Positions 23,138-32,737 of a DNA stretch of 64,000 bases are shown in pieces (positions within the stretch are counted from its first letter, which is position 1; each line of letters opens with the position of its first letter). The stretch comes from Rebecca billardiae RCC1528. Taxonomy: Eukaryota > Protista > Haptophyta. The position numbers and the translations under genes were made by a program. A model generated the notes under the pieces. That model was not told where the DNA came from. It saw only the letters and a list, made by a program, of their open reading frames with translations, and ran no database searches. Location: assembly GCA_965240325.2 (NCBI GenBank), contig OZ251224.1:3472001-3536000 (forward strand), given 5' to 3'.

Positions 23138-24160
23138 ATGCCGACGAAGAGAGAGGGGATCTCGCTGCGCATCGCGCCCGAGCTGAACGCGATCGATCTG
23201 AAGGGCAGGCGCTACGTCGTCACGGGCGGCACCTCGGGCGCGGGCGAGGCCACCACCAAGTTTTTGGCCGAGCGCGGCGCGGAGGTCATCACGTGCGGCC
23301 GCAGCGTCGCGGGCGCGCAGGCGCGGATCGACGAGCTGCCCGCGGAGGTGAAGGCGCGCATCACGCTCGTATTCTGCGACCTGGGCGACCTCGACTCGGT
23401 CGAGTCCTTCGCCGACACGATCGCCAAGCGGTGGGATCGCCTGGATGGCCTCGTGAACAACGCGGGCCTCGCCATCAGCGCGGCCGACCGCCTGGGCATG
23501 CAGATTGGCGGCCAGAAGTACGACGTGATGTTCATGGTGAATCACGTGGCGCACCACCACCTCACCAACCTGCTCATGCCGCTGCTCGAGCGCAACGGCG
23601 GCGCGCGCGTCATCAACCTGTCCTCCATCGTGCACGACAAGGTCATCGGCGGCAAGACTAAGTTCGGGCACATCTACCTCGAGGACCCGCACGGCCGCAC
23701 GGCCGCGCACGACGGCCCCGCGCTGTACGCGCAGAGCAAGCTGGCGACGCACTTGCACGCCGTCGAGCTGGCCGAGCGCTACCGCGACAAGCGCGTGTAC
23801 GCGTGGCCCGTGCACCCGGGCACCGTCGAGGGCGGGCTGGGCCGCGACTTCGAGGGCTGCACCGCGTGCCTGATCCCGGTGCTGCTCACGCTGTTCGCCG
23901 ACGAGTTCCGGCAAGTGACGCCGCTCGACGGGGCGCAGACCACGCTGCACTGCCTGCTCTCGGACGAGGCGCTCAAGCACGTCGGCGTGTACCACGCGCA
24001 GACGGGTATGAAGCACCGCAACGGCCAGCGCGGCGGCTGGCCCTTCCCCTCGCCCAACCCGGAGGCGCACGACGCGGAGGTGCGCCGCAAGCTGTGGGAT
24101 CTCACCGAGCAGACGATCGCCGAGGTGAAGGCCGCGAAGCACCAGCAGGCGGTGTCGTGA
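23138..24160 (+). CDS. Short-chain dehydrogenase/reductase (retinol dehydrogenase/WWOX-like)
   Basis: TGGTSGAG, CDLGDL, NNAG, catalytic YAQSK and VHPG motifs. Confidence 0.92.
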   Translation: MPTKREGISLRIAPELNAIDLKGRRYVVTGGTSGAGEATTKFLAERGAEVITCGRSVAGAQARIDELPAEVKARITLVFCDLGDLDSVESFADTIAKRWDRLDGLVNNAGLAISAADRLGMQIGGQKYDVMFMVNHVAHHHLTNLLMPLLERNGGARVINLSSIVHDKVIGGKTKFGHIYLEDPHGRTAAHDGPALYAQSKLATHLHAVELAERYRDKRVYAWPVHPGTVEGGLGRDFEGCTACLIPVLLTLFADEFRQVTPLDGAQTTLHCLLSDEALKHVGVYHAQTGMKHRNGQRGGWPFPSPNPEAHDAEVRRKLWDLTEQTIAEVKAAKHQQAVS

Positions 24161-24342
24161 GCGGGCACGCCCGTCGGCAGCCGGGGGCGGGCACGGAGTC
24201 ATCATCATTGCAGTGCCGACTGACCGCAGTCCGCAGTCCGGCCAACAAGCTCAGTCAGTCGCATATCATCTTGCTCATGCTCAGCTGATGCGGCACGTCG
24301 CGCGATGGCATCCTGATGACGATCCGGTCCGAGCGAAGTTCG

Positions 24343-24510
24343 CGGAGACGATCCGGGGATCAGCACAGATAGATCATCGACGACGATATATATATATATC
24401 GTTCGCGCGGAGACGATCCGGGCTCCGCCATCCGTCCCGGGCCGGGGGCGGGGTCGCGGGGATCAGCGGCACAGATAGATCATCCGATCGACGACGATTA
24501 TATCGTCGGT
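24343..24510 (+). repeat. Local degenerate duplication around a (TA)n tract
   Basis: GGGATCAGC(GGC)ACAGATAGATCATC..GACGACGAT at about 24356 and 24459; CGGAGACGATCCGGGG occurs twice. Confidence 0.6.
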
Positions 24511-25142
24511 CGTAGCCAGTCATGCCAATTGATGATGAGTTTACATCCGTGTAGATAGTGAGTACGTATAGACTCTTTATTTCTAAAAGCTGCTCATATA
24601 TCTCGTCGGCAGTTGTGGCGAGACACATCGTCAGAGTCAGTGAGTGAGACACCGACTGACCGAGACATCGGAGTGCTGAGAGCACTAGTATCAATCACTA
24701 GTATCATAGTCCCGGATTGACGGCAGACCGCCGGGACGAGGGCACTGCTAGCTCAGGCACCGTATAAGTTAACTACTATAAGCTATAAGCTATGGCTTTA
24801 CAGATTCACAGACTACAGAGTCAAGCTGTAACGGACTCCGGGAGCCCGGCTCGGGCGGCGGAACCGCCGCGAGCCGCACCCGGAGCAGACTGAGAGTGAG
24901 AGTGGCTGCTGTGAGTGGTGTGTCAGGCGACGATCTCAGTTTATCAGCCAGTGGCAGTGTACCAGCCAGAGCGAGTGTCACTCAGTGTGGCATGCTGCAA
25001 GTGACCGACCTCGAGGCTGCTCGACGGTCCGGTCTCCGGACTGATCGGAGACGACTCGCAGGATGAATGAACCACTGATCACAGATCGTCACTTCCCACG
25101 CTGGCCCCTTGAGCGGCATATGCACGCGAGCTTCATCCGCCA

Positions 25143-25607
25143 TTAATTGAAGTGGTTGTTCTTGCTGACAATGCTAAGCGCGTCGCCAGAGCCGTTGATT
25201 TTGAGGTAGAACACAACGCCGCTGGGGCAAGACGACTCTTCATCGGAAGTGCCTAGTTGAAAGGTGTTTCCAAACTTGCCTCCGTTCGTGACGGTCCAGT
25301 TGCCAAGTTCGGCGACCGGATGATAGGGAGGGCCGGCGTGATACGTGAAGGACTTGTTGCCGTCGATCGAGTACGTAACGTCGCCACCGTCGTCTCCGCA
25401 ACTGTTCAGGATAACGTTCGGAAGGCACGCGCCTGAAAACACGTAGTCGACGATGGGCGCTGCCCCTGGCGCAATGGTGGCTGGAAAAGGGCCCCAGCTC
25501 TGCATCTGGTACTCATGCTCCCACGTCCGCTTGAATGTGTAGGGCGTGCTGTTCGCAATCTGGACGCACTGATCCGTCCACGGAGCAGGATAGTCCATGT
25601 CCCCCAT
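25143..25607 (-). CDS. Small beta-rich protein resembling the aegerolysin-like N-terminal domain of fungal PLC-like phosphodiesterase proteins
   Basis: Clean 154-aa ORF with motif IANSTPYTFKRTWEHEYQMQSW-FP-TIAPG...DDGGDVTYSIDG. GC is visibly lower than in neighbouring genes. TATA-like TTATAAA near 25727-25733 on the minus strand. Family recognised from memory, not by search. Confidence 0.6.
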   Translation of the reverse strand: MGDMDYPAPWTDQCVQIANSTPYTFKRTWEHEYQMQSWGPFPATIAPGAAPIVDYVFSGACLPNVILNSCGDDGGDVTYSIDGNKSFTYHAGPPYHPVAELGNWTVTNGGKFGNTFQLGTSDEESSCPSGVVFYLKINGSGDALSIVSKNNHFN

Positions 25608-26022
25608 TTTGCTGCCCGAAGCGTGTCACGGTACGGCTTCCCTTCGAACCCGTCCGTGGGCGGCGACGACAGTTGGCGGGCGTCAATCTCGCCTGCCTGA
25701 GCTGTACATGTGCTTTTAAATTCCCCTTTATAACGGGCTCCGGGTGATCAGGCTGGCGGCCGAAGCCTCCAGCCCTACCCTGGCCAGCCCCCAACCAACC
25801 ACCACCCTCACCCAACCTCAAACCACTGACCGAGACACCTAGTGTCTTGACACCACTCCACTGTGGACAGCCCGCCTCCAGAGGGGGCGGGGGTATGCCA
25901 TTGCCGACAGCATACAAGCCCAACACTGTGGGGAGGTCCCAGGTACAAGCAGTGCACGGCCTTGCAATTCAAGATCATCGTCGAGTTTGAGCCGAGCGTC
26001 TCTTATTCGTCTTAGTAAACTG

Positions 26023-26102
26023 TACAGTTTACTAAGAATAAGAGACGCACACAGCTCAGGCAGGCGAGATACCCCCATAGTTGACTTTCTTATTAAACTG
26101 TA
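26023..26102. mobile_element. Complete 76-bp MITE (family A) flanked by TA, Tc1/mariner-pogo-like ends
   Basis: TA|CAGTTTACTAAGAA ... TTCTTATTAAACTG|TA gives a 14-bp TIR with 1 mismatch. An inverted partial copy (25996-26022) shares the left TA and forms a palindrome. Confidence 0.8.
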
Positions 26103-26230
26103 CGACCGAATACTTTTTACCGATGACGAGGCGACGACCAACGGTCATCTCATCGCGCAGACTAGACCGCCGCCGGGGGCGACGCCAGCGCACCGTGCGC
26201 CTCGACGGGAGCAACGAGTCGCCCGCACAG

Positions 26231-28186
26231 ATGGAGGAAACCAGCGCCGCGGTGAAGCTGCTTCGTCGCAGATCGGCGCGAGGTGACGCGCGTGCCACGT
26301 ACCTCCTGGCGGATCGCCTCGCACACGGAGACGGCGTCGCTCAGAACGAGCGCGAGGCGGCTCGCCTGTACCACATCGCCGCCGAGCGTGGGCTGGCGGA
26401 TGCTCAGTTCAGGCTTGGCGATTGTCATGGTCGGGGCGAGCTTGGACTGGGCCAGGACGCTATCAAGGCAGTGCACTGGTGCCAGCTGGCGGCTGAGCAG
26501 GGCCACGCAGAGGCGCAGTACAACCTGGGCTGCTGCTACAAGGGGGGCGAGGGCGTACCGCAGGACATGGCCGAGGCGGCGCGGTGGTACCGGTTGGCGG
26601 CCAAACAGGGCTACGCACAAGCGCAGTACATTCTGGGCATGTGCTGCTATAAGGGCGAGGGCATGCCGCAGGACGTGACCAAGGCGGCACGCTGGTACCG
26701 GCTGGCGGCCGAGCAGGGCCTCGCACGGGCGCAGTTCCACCTGGGCGTATGCTGCGCGAATGGGGAGGGCGTGCAGCAGGATATGGCAGAGGCGGTGCGC
26801 TGGTACCGGCTGGCGGCCGAGCAGGGAGATTCATTAGCGCAGTGTCGCCTGGGCGTGTGCTGCGACAAGGGCAAGGGCGTGCCACAGGACTGGGCCGAGG
26901 CGGCGCGCTGGTACCGGCTCGCGGCCGAGCAGGGAGATGCATTCGCGCAGCGCAACCTGGGCTGGTGCTGCGAGAATGGCAAGGGCGTGACGCAGGACTG
27001 GGCCAAGGCGGCGCGCTGGTACCGGCTGGCGGCCGAGCAGGGCGAAGCAGTTGCGCAGTGCTTTCTGGGCTGCTGCTGCGAGAATGGCGAGGGCGTGCCG
27101 CAGGACTGGGCCGAGGCGGCGCGCTGGTACCGGCTGGCGGCCGAGCAGGGCAACGCATGTGCGCAGAGCAACCTGGGCTGCTGCTGCCAGAAGGGCGAGG
27201 GCGTGCCGCAGGACATGGCCGAGGCGGCGCGCTGGTACCGGCTGGCGGCCGAGCAGGGCAACGCATGTGCGCAGTGCAACCTGGGCGTGTGCTGCGAGAA
27301 GGGCGAGGGCGTGCCGCAGGACTGGGCTGAGGCGGCGCGCTGGTACCGGCTGGCGGCCGAGCAGGGCAACGCATGTGCGCAGTGCTTTCTGGGCATGTGC
27401 TGCGAGAATGGCGAGGGCGTGCCGCAGGACTGGGCCGAGGCGGCGCGCTGGTACCGGCTGGCGGCCGAGCAGGGCAACGCATGTGCGCAGAGCAACCTGG
27501 GCATGTGCTGCGAGAAGGGCAAGGGCGTGCCGCAGGACTGGGCTGAGGCGGCGCGCTGGTACCGGCTGGCGGCCGAGCAGGGCAACGCATGTGCGCAGAG
27601 CAACCTGGGCATGTGCTGCGAGAAGGGCAAGGGCGTGCCGCAGGACTGGGCTGAGGCGGCGCGCTGGTACCGGCTGGCGGCCGAGCAGGGCAACGCATGT
27701 GCGCAGTGCTTTGTGGGCATGTGCTGCGAGAAGGGCAAGGGCGTGCCGCAGGACTGGGCTGAGGCGGCGCGCTGGTACCGGCTGGCAGCTGATGGTGGTG
27801 AGCCACTCTCTCATTACCGGCTCGGACGGCAGACGCTGGCAGGCATGGGCGTGGAGCGCGACGTGGTGGAGGGCGCGCAGCTGCTACGCCGTGCGCATGA
27901 GCTCGACAGCACTCTCGACCCTTGTGATGTGCTCGTCGCCGAGTACATGGGGGATCGCGAGGTGGCGTCCAAGTGCTGCCTCGTGTGTGCCAACACGGAC
28001 CGTCGCATCTTGAAGAAGTGCGACCGGTGCCACGTGGCGGTGTTCTGCTCACATGGCCACCTGCGGCTGGCGTGGAAGGCGCACAAGGCACACTGCGCAA
28101 CAAATGGCGGCAGTGAGAACCGCGCGCAGACTCCGTCAGCAGAGCAGTCGCGTCGCTTTGATGATCTGATGCGCTGCGCCGTATAA
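26231..28186 (+). CDS. Sel1-like repeat protein (15 SLRs, Cys-rich) with a C-terminal MYND-type zinc finger, paralog 2
   Basis: Same N-cap (MEETSAAVKLLRRRSARGDARATYLLAD), C-cap and MYND finger as 19300-20898. Start assigned by homology. Confidence 0.92.
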   Translation: MEETSAAVKLLRRRSARGDARATYLLADRLAHGDGVAQNEREAARLYHIAAERGLADAQFRLGDCHGRGELGLGQDAIKAVHWCQLAAEQGHAEAQYNLGCCYKGGEGVPQDMAEAARWYRLAAKQGYAQAQYILGMCCYKGEGMPQDVTKAARWYRLAAEQGLARAQFHLGVCCANGEGVQQDMAEAVRWYRLAAEQGDSLAQCRLGVCCDKGKGVPQDWAEAARWYRLAAEQGDAFAQRNLGWCCENGKGVTQDWAKAARWYRLAAEQGEAVAQCFLGCCCENGEGVPQDWAEAARWYRLAAEQGNACAQSNLGCCCQKGEGVPQDMAEAARWYRLAAEQGNACAQCNLGVCCEKGEGVPQDWAEAARWYRLAAEQGNACAQCFLGMCCENGEGVPQDWAEAARWYRLAAEQGNACAQSNLGMCCEKGKGVPQDWAEAARWYRLAAEQGNACAQSNLGMCCEKGKGVPQDWAEAARWYRLAAEQGNACAQCFVGMCCEKGKGVPQDWAEAARWYRLAADGGEPLSHYRLGRQTLAGMGVERDVVEGAQLLRRAHELDSTLDPCDVLVAEYMGDREVASKCCLVCANTDRRILKKCDRCHVAVFCSHGHLRLAWKAHKAHCATNGGSENRAQTPSAEQSRRFDDLMRCAV

Positions 28187-28243
28187 GAGCGAGGGCCACA
28201 GATTCGCGCCGCTGACTGCTGGGTCTATGATGCGTGATGCGCA

Positions 28244-28381
28244 TGCTCTGCTGTAAGTAGCTACTGCGGCCCGCGACGTTATTACTAAATCGCGACCGTC
28301 TCATCCCTCTCTAGCTCTTTTCTCTCTGCTGCTCTGCTGTAAGTAGCTACTGCGTCTGCGGCCCGCGACGTTCACGTTATT
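28244..28381 (+). repeat. Tandem duplication of about 86 bp whose second copy is split by an insertion and resumes at 30901-30955
   Basis: 28244-28329 is repeated from 28330; 28280-28334 is identical to 30901-30955. Confidence 0.85.
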
Positions 28382-28735
28382 GGCCTGTTTTATTTCTACC
28401 AGAGCCCAACGGCGACATTCGCCAACGCGGTAAAATGGCGGCTTGCCCGCTGGTGGTGGGTACCGGCGCGATTGCGGAGTAGTGATGGCACGTCGTTGGC
28501 GCATGTTCGTACTAGGGCGCTGAGCTGTAGCTAAAGATCATGCCAATGCTTGCTGCTAAGCCTTGCCATGGTGCTTCGCCATGACACAGACGGGTCACTC
28601 GCAGCGCACGGCAGTGTGACGATCGCCGCGCCGCGGCAGCAAACCGCGGTTGCGGGCGCGTTGCAAGCTGCAAGCACTCTGCCTTAGCTGCGTCGCGCCC
28701 GTGTCAGTTGGTGAACCAGGATTGTAGAACGACAG

Positions 28736-29125
28736 ATGGACTGCAAACGATACCAGCTCTACTCGCTCCGCCGCCACTTCCTTGTCGAGCGTGAGATGTT
28801 TGCGCATGCAGCTTGCCGCCTGCATTTGAACGTTGTCACGGCAGGTTGGTGGGCCGGTTGTTCAGGCCTCCTCGGCGTAGATGACGACAAGGTGCGTGCC
28901 CCGCGCACCCATGGCGCGCAGAAAGGCGTGCACACGCGTCATCGCGCATCTGGCAGGCTGCAGTCTTGGCCAAGATGATGAGAACAAGCCTGCCAGTGCC
29001 TCACCACGCGGGCGCGAGCGCGCAGAGAGATCTGGCTTCTGACCCGTGCTCTTCAGTGTACCTCGTGTGCGACGACGACGAGGCGGACGAGCGCCGCAAC
29101 TGGATTCGTGCACTCACCGGTCACC
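28736..29125 (+). pseudogene. PH-domain-like gene fragment inside the TIR element
   Basis: RRHFLV... and ...VYLVCDDDEADERRNWIRALT resemble PH strand 2 and the C-terminal Trp helix. The reading frames are broken. Confidence 0.4.
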
Positions 29126-29437
29126 GAGGAGTGCACGAATCGCATTCCTCACGCACGTGGGGGCCGCCATCGGCCGTGAGAGGTACACTGAACGGGGCGT
29201 GACACCCATTCCCACTGGCGGGCACGGGTTTGTCGCCGTGACATAGTAAATGGAATCTGGTAGAAATAAAACTCTGCCCTGGCGGGCGGGGGGGTCGGCG
29301 GGCCGTGCCAGTGCTGTCGCAATGTATCCTCCGCGTGCGGGTTCGCGTCTTTCCACATTCGCTCGTGGCCCGTGGGTGACGGACAGTCGAGTGCAAGGAC
29401 CAGTGACATGCACGTGAAGTTGGCTCCCCTGAACGTG

Positions 29438-29486
29438 TACAGTTTACTAAGAATAAGAGACGCACACAGCTCAGGCAGGCGAGATT
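29438..29486 (+). mobile_element. Family A MITE terminus
   Basis: 49 bp identical to 482-530. Confidence 0.75.
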
Positions 29487-31034
29487 GACGCCCAGGACAA
29501 GTCTCAGTCTGTACTCTAGTATGCGCTAATCAGCGAGGCCCACACCCACGAGGGAATGTGCAGCACGCGGGGCGGGACGGGTAGCCCGTTGCTCCGCGCG
29601 AGCGCGCGTACGCGCTGTATGTGCCGCATCTCGACCGCGATGGCGTAATCGAGCGCCGCGCCGCCGACGAAGCCGCCAGAGTAGATCATGTGCATGTCCT
29701 CCTGCCGCCAGCCGAGAGCGGTCGCCGCGAGGATGCTTGCCGATGTCCGCTCCAGGCACGATGGGCTCGGCGCAGGTCGCGTTGACGTCGTACACGACCG
29801 CCACGCTGAGCACGAGCGCGTTGACGTTCACGCGGTCATCGCTCTTCGCATCTTCGACAGGTCTGGCGCCCGCGTGCTCGGCGGCACGAGGAGCTGTTGG
29901 TTGTGCGCGCGCGCGCGCACAGCGACAGCGTGTGCCACTCGCGATCGAGAGTAGGCACGAGCTGCTCACGCGGGCACACGAATCGCAGCGCATCCGTCAC
30001 CGGCGTGACGACTTCCGCCTCGTCCCGCAGCGCCTGCGCCATGGACGAGGATGGCGCGTCGATGTTGCATGCTCAACGTTTCATCTCTCTGCGGATGGCA
30101 TCACGGGCTTGTCTGTGTCGCGCTGCGGCGAGGGTCGCCAACTCGCGAAGACGCGGTTGCTGCCACGGCAACAGACCCGGGAGGTGCGTCCGCTGCGCGT
30201 CGTACGCCGTTGGCGCTGCGCTTCCGTCGCATTGGTCACCGTCGACGCCATGCAGGCCGGACGTGGGCTTCGGCTGAGGGACCGGACCGCGAGCAATGAC
30301 TGAGTCCGGTGCGCGGATTCCGGCGATCGAGTTCAGAAGGCCGCGCCAAATCTTGCGTCGCGTGCGATGGCGCTTCCCGCCCGCGAGACGCCTCGTGATG
30401 AGGGCTTTCTCGCACCGAGCCCGACGCGCGACGGTGGATCGCGCGAGGCGGTCATCGTGCGCAGCGCATGATGCCATGGCCGGTGCGAGCTTTCGACGGG
30501 CACGTCGGGCGAGGATCGCCCCAGGTCTCACGATCGTGTCGACGCGCCGAGCGTACCGCTCCAAACGCGTCGATTTAGCCCCCGTTCGACCTGCACGCGA
30601 GACGACGAGGGCAGCAATCGCGAATCGGGCGAAAACACCGTTCGGGAATCCCCGCGCGATGTCCGCGCCGGCGTTGGATTTGGCGCGCGCGGCCCATGCG
30701 CTCCGCGCCAGGCGCCAGATGGTTTTCGGCCGAGCGTCCCCAGTGGGAGCTGCGAGGGCGCCCGGTAGTGAGCGAAGCGACCCGGCAGTGAGCGAGGCGA
30801 TTTTCTTTTCTTTGCGAGGCGATTTTCTTTTTTCTTTTTCTTTTTCTTGTCTTTTTCCCGGGCACTACAAGGGGCGGACCTACGGCCCGCCAAACAGGCC
30901 TATTACTAAATCGCGACCGTCTCATCCCTCTCTAGCTCTTTTCTCTCTGCTGCTCGATCTCTCTCTCTATGGGGCGGTATCATTTCGTCAGGCTACGATG
31001 ATGGCGCTACTGCGAGCAGATACTGCTCACCACT

Positions 31035-32676
31035 TCACCAGTCTCCGCCAAGGTGCAAGCCTGGACGGGGGAGTGGATCGGCAGCGGCGCTGCCGGCGGA
31101 TGGGTCCTCGCTTCCCGCCGCGCGTCTTCGCCACGATTTGACCTGCTGGGAAAGCTCTGACAGCTCGCCTGCACGCGGCGGATACGCACTGCTACGCGCG
31201 CCTCCTGTCACACGCCCATCACCGTCGACGGCTCGGCGCGCGGGCTGCGTGCGCGAGTGCTCGCCAGCCGCCATCCACACGGGGAGCATGGCCGCGCTCC
31301 CGCGCCGCAGCACCACGCCCACGTCGTCCATCAGCAGCGCGGACGCGACGACAGAGGCGAGCGCCACCGCCAGCGCGAGCGCGCAGCCTCGGCACGCGCC
31401 GCTTGGCCTCCTCGCGGGCGGCTCGCGGCGCGCCCAGCCGGCATCCCCTGGGGCAGGCGGCTCTCTGTGCGCTTCGCCGCTCGTGGGCTCACTGCCCTGA
31501 GCGCGCGGCGAGACTGGGCGCGCCTGCCACGCCCTGCGCGTGATGGCCAGCCGCGGCTCGAGCTCGCGCAGCGCGCGTGCACCCGGCGCGTCCGTCGCGC
31601 GGGCGATGCTGAGCGCGCACAGCCCGAAGTAGGAGTGCAGCGGGTCGGGCGGCGCGCCTGCAAACTTGCAGAGGCCTCCTGTTGAGAACTGGCAGCCACA
31701 GGTGAAGGCGCTCAGGTCGGACGCCTGCCGTGCACGGGCGGCGGGAGCGAGCGGGCGCCGGGCGGGCGCAGCGCGGGCGTGAGCAGGGTGTTGGGCGCTC
31801 ACGCAGGAGGCGGCGCGGCCAGCGCACCTCGATCAAATCCGCATGGCCGAGCAGCGCGAGTGAGGCGCCCACCCACCAGCCGTAGCACGTGTCCTCGTCC
31901 TTGTTGGCGCGCCCCTGGAAGCCGCCCTGCTGCCGCTCCAGGCACCAGCGCACGGTGGCGGCGCGGTGCGGCAGGGCGTCGAGCGCGCCCAGCAGCGCGA
32001 GCGTCGCGAGCGCGCAGTACGTCGAGCCGCCGTGCGCCTCCTGCCCGGGGCCGAGCCCGAAGCCGCCCTCGTACGACGCGGAGCGCACGACATAGTCGAG
32101 CGTGCGCGCGCGGTCGATCGCGCTGCACGCCTCGTCGCCGAGCAGCACGCAGATGGCGGCGGCGCAGAAGACGAAGCGCATGTCGAACTCGCCATCCGGG
32201 TGCGCGCGGAAGCACCCGGACGCCTCCTGCATCGCGCCCACGGCTCGCAGCACCGCGCGCCTCCGCACGCGGCTCAGGTCGTCGCCCAGAATGAGCAGCA
32301 TGCAGATTGCAGAGTAGGACATGGCAAGGTTGCCAAAGTCCGACGCGTGCGTGGGCGACGGGCCCGAGGGGTCGAGCGCGCCACAGACGCAGCTCGGCCC
32401 GCCGCGGAACCCACCGAACGCGTCCTCCGCGTCGTCGGCGCCGCCGCCCGTTGCGGCGCCCACCTGCAGCGAGTACACCCACTCCACAACCGCCGCGCGC
32501 ACGTGGGCGGGCAGCTCGTCGAGCGCGCCGAGGACATCGAGCCCGCTCACGGCGAAGAATGCGATGGTCATCCGGCTCGCGTCGAGGCCTGCGAACTGCG
32601 GCGGCGCGATGCCGCGCAGCACGCGCTGGAAGTAGTCCACATGCAGTGTGTGCTGCACCCCGCGCTCCGCCGCCAT
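31035..32676 (-). CDS. PGGT1B: Geranylgeranyl transferase type I beta subunit; 2 exons
   Basis: SRMTIAFFAVSGLDVL, GEFDMRFVFCA, EAHGGSTYCA, GFQGRANKDEDTCYGWWVG and PDPLHSYFGL motifs. Intron at 31827-31725. The 3' end is less certain. Confidence 0.92.
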
Positions 32677-32737
32677 CGTGCCGTGTGGAGCACGGCTTTG
32701 CAAGACAGTGCCAACCGCCGCCTCTTCCGGCGGCACC

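Larger units (their letters stand above)
28382..30900. mobile_element. 2.5-kb TIR element with TATT target duplication, carrying gene fragments
   Basis: TATT|GGCCTGTTT ... AAACAGGCC|TATT. The empty site is shown by the intact duplicate at 28244-28329. An internal inverted pair lies at 28387-28403 and 29256-29272. Confidence 0.8.

Noticed and set aside
26081-26230. N-terminal extension of SLR paralog 2 given in the ORF track
   Set aside because: It starts at TTG inside a MITE. Paralog 1 has a 1-bp indel in the homologous leader, so coding starts at 26231.
19540-27790. Regular 108-bp repeats with variable segments read as a CRISPR array
   Set aside because: They are in-frame Sel1 protein repeats, the 'spacers' are homologous to each other, the context is eukaryotic and no cas genes are present.
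19300-28186. Diversity-generating retroelement (template/variable repeat) explaining the SLR variation
   Set aside because: There is no reverse transcriptase in the window, no non-coding template, and the differences are not visibly adenine-specific.
30863-30871. CACTACAAG as a CACTA transposon end
   Set aside because: No matching inverted end or 3-bp TSD was found, and it lies inside a better-supported element.
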